From positions 103,106,001 to 103,170,000 of the forward strand of contig CM068744.1 of assembly GCA_035084275.1 (NCBI GenBank): a DNA stretch of 64,000 nt, read 5' to 3'. Shown here one piece after another: positions 63,185 through 64,000 of this stretch; positions within the stretch are counted from its first letter, which is position 1, and every line of letters starts with the position of its first letter. Source of the DNA: Hydrolagus colliei (Eukaryota). A program made the position numbers and the translations under genes. The notes under the pieces were generated by a model that saw only the letters and a program-made list of their open reading frames with translations, was not told the origin of the DNA and did no database searches.

Positions 63185-63396
63185 CAATAAAAGCCCGTTT
63201 ATCCGGCACCCGATTAACCGTAACTTCTATATAACTGGCATCCCAAACAAGATCCGCATTCGATTAACCAGAATTTATCCGGAAAAATGCATTGAAAATT
63301 AAAAAAAATAGGGGGGCGTTTTTAGCCGAATATCCGGCAGGCGCTTTAACTGACATTGGCCAGGTCCGAGGGTGCCAGATAAACGGGCTTTTACTG
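63185..63396. mobile_element. Tigger/pogo-like MITE (shorter derivative of the 40121 family)
   Basis: TA-CAATAAAAGCCCGTTTATCCGGCACCC ... GGGTGCCAGATAAACGGGCTTTTACTG-TA. Confidence 0.88.
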
Positions 63397-64000
63397 TAAC
63401 TACATAATATTATTTAAGGGAAATGGGGAAGCCTGCCCCTTTAAATGGGTTCTGTAACATTTCAGGTTGTATGTGGTGTGTACAGGACTACTGTACAGTC
63501 AGAGTTTGTTTTATATTTATTCTCTAATGTAGAATTATGCTACCAGTTGTTATAGTTTTGTGTGATTGTTATGTCCCATTGTTGTAAATCTTCCATTGTT
63601 ATATTTCTTATATGCAAGGTAGCCTCGGGCTGATTTTAACTAGGTTTTAACAAAGAGCTAATGTTTCTACTGAATGTATCCTTGAGTCTCCAGTAGTATT
63701 CTAGACAAGCAAAGGAGTTCACACTTTGGAGGGTTGTGAGCAACATTGAAGGTCTAATAGTGCGAACAGACTCTGTTTAGACATTCCATTTATCAGGCAT
63801 TGAAGTTAACTGAGAATACCTGTCGCTGTGTGACTGACTTGGTTGAGTCCTTATTTTAAAAGAGACTCAACCAGGAGAAAAGCAGAATGTACACCAAGGG
63901 GTGAGAACCGCTGCAATTTGCATTAAAGAATGGTCATCACAGCCATTGTGACAATTGTAATTATAAATAACATTCCTTGCATTTGATATAGCGCTTCATC

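Noticed and set aside
1-64000. CRISPR array, operon or prokaryotic defence system
   Set aside because: Spliced eukaryotic gene with dispersed transposons; no regularly spaced direct repeats or dense ORFs.

Overview
AT-rich, repeat-rich vertebrate genomic DNA. The repeat set (L2 and CR1 LINEs, tRNA/Deu-type SINEs, Penelope-like palindromes) suggests a cartilaginous fish, possibly a chimaera; this is inference. The window holds the 3' end of RALGAPA2 (Ral GTPase-activating protein alpha-2) on the minus strand. Four coding exons splice in frame (62870-63025, 51653-51811, 41075-41202, 10870-10991) and encode the C-terminal Rap/Ran-GAP domain. The terminal exon(s) and poly(A) site are only tentatively placed at about 3390-6634. 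The intron 10992-41074 is a 30,083-nt U12-type (minor spliceosome) GT-AG intron. Its branch point can be masked by a 13-bp hairpin formed with an upstream anti-branch-point element, which is the most unusual observation here. Introns contain L2, CR1, SINEs, a deleted mariner, four Tigger/pogo-like MITEs, two hammerhead-bearing palindromic Penelope-like elements (one with a 14-bp TSD) and several enhancer-like unique blocks. Nearly all other ORFs in the track are spurious or transposon-derived. I found no evidence of a new multi-gene system. Repeat boundaries are approximate and read by eye.
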